Shown: positions 62,681 to 64,000 of the stretch, piece after piece
How the letters are laid out: each line of letters starts with the position of its first letter
How positions within the stretch are numbered: position 1 is the first letter of the stretch
DNA from: the human T2T-CHM13v2.0 reference genome, Homo sapiens
Assembly (NCBI RefSeq): GCF_009914755.1
Contig: NC_060947.1
Strand: one strand, 5' to 3'
DNA length: 64,000 nt
The notes under the pieces: model-generated
Told to the model about the DNA's origin: nothing
The model's database searches: none
The model's input: only the letters and a program-made list of their open reading frames with translations
Position numbers and translations under genes: made by a program

Positions 62681-63299
62681 CCTGTTAGGAGCTCTCTCCT
62701 AGAAGACAGTTGAGGAGTTACAGGTGGATGGGCATCAAGAACACATAGTACCTTTCTTCGGCAGCAGCAGAGGTCTGGGAGTGCTTGTGGAGAACAAAAA
62801 GGTGGAGCTCATGTTCTCAGTAATTTGGGAATTTGAGAGAGGGGGCTGTAGCCAGGGTGGAGGGAGAACCAGGGGAGACTTAGGAAGAGAAATCAGTAGT
62901 TCCACAAGGCTGGAGAGTCAAAGCGTCACCAGGAAGGGCCTAGGTTTGGACCTGGACCAAAGGACCTAGAACCTCTTAGGACTTGTGTCCTTGAATGGAC
63001 AGGTTTGGACTCTTGGACTATACTGTGCATTTCAGAATTGCTGTTTGCATCCTGATAATCATCACGTTTGTAGCCAAGTGTTTTTTGCCTCATTTGTTAA
63101 TGTAATAATATTAATATAACAAACATTCATGAACCCACCACCCAAATCATGATCTAGAACATTGCTAAAAACTTACCCTTACTAATATGCTTAATATTTT
63201 TTGGTAGTCATTTTGATAAATGATTGTCTGTCTTCTCAGTATGGTGGTTGTGGTTTCCTATCTCTAATAATGCCAAACTCCAAAGGAAAGATGTAGCTT

Positions 63300-63705
63300 G
63301 TGTTATTGGTCAGGATGAACAACTTTGTGCCGTGCTAAAAGACATCCCCAGAATCCTAGTGGGTCATGACAACAAAGGTTTATTCTTTGCCTTTGCTTTA
63401 TGTCTATGATGAGTTAGCTGAGGGCTGTGCTCCTTGTCTCTTTACCTTACAGCTCCGGTGATCAGAGAACCTACCGTTGTGAACATTGCTAGTCATTATG
63501 GGAAAGGGAAAGAGAGCCCTGTCAGGCAGCATAATGGCATAGAAATATTCCAGCTTGGAAGTCACATATATTTACTTCTGTGCCGTTGGCCAGAACTCAT
63601 CATATGGTTCCACCCAACTGTAATGGGCCAAGAAGTGAAATCTCACCACGTCCCTACAAGGCACAGTGCTGGGAATATTTGGGAAACAGTGCTAATGACT
63701 ATCAT
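63300..63705 (-). mobile_element. Old MLT1 MaLR LTR
   Basis: caacaaaggtttattcttt; ttggccagaactcatcatatggttccacccaactg. Confidence 0.6.
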
Positions 63706-64000
63706 AGCCCACTTGCCCACTGTGGTACAACATATGAACATGACTTGCTCCTAGCTGATGAAGTTGTGGAGAAGGAAGGGATTGCATGAGCAGGGTTGAG
63801 GAAGCCCACCTGAGTTTTGTCCATCCCTGTGTCCCTTTAGGTGATACCGTTAAGGCAGCCTGCCCCATTATGCACCGATTTTCCAGCCAGAGCCCCCTTC
63901 CCCTTGGAAGTTCGCCATTCTGCTCTACCTGTTTCTGTCTGTCTGTATTTCACAGGCTTCAAGGACACAGGGCATTTGACCATAGAGTCTGACTAGCAGC

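Overview
Primate, most likely human, genomic DNA. The single protein-coding feature is the first coding exon of NHSL2 (+ strand, 36662-36941), recognised from its translation, which would place the window at Xq13.1. It lies in a CpG island and is followed by the start of a long first intron (36942 to the window end). The upstream ~31 kb is almost entirely nested transposable elements: an L1MA carrying a full-length SVA and two Alus, an HSMAR2 mariner fossil split by an L1PB, an ERVL pol remnant, MaLR LTRs and a full-length (~6.2 kb) inactivated L1PA4-like element. The intron holds MIR, L2, Alu, hAT and L1MB fragments. Nearly all ORFs in the supplied track are repeat-derived or spurious. I see no convincing new biological system. 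The best leads are (1) an L1 ORF0 whose splice donor has the same phase as NHSL2 exon 1, (2) a ~115-bp inverted repeat enclosing a closely spaced inverted Alu pair in the intron, and (3) several template-switch or deletion scars. Repeat subfamily names and boundaries were assigned by eye from remembered consensus sequences and are approximate.
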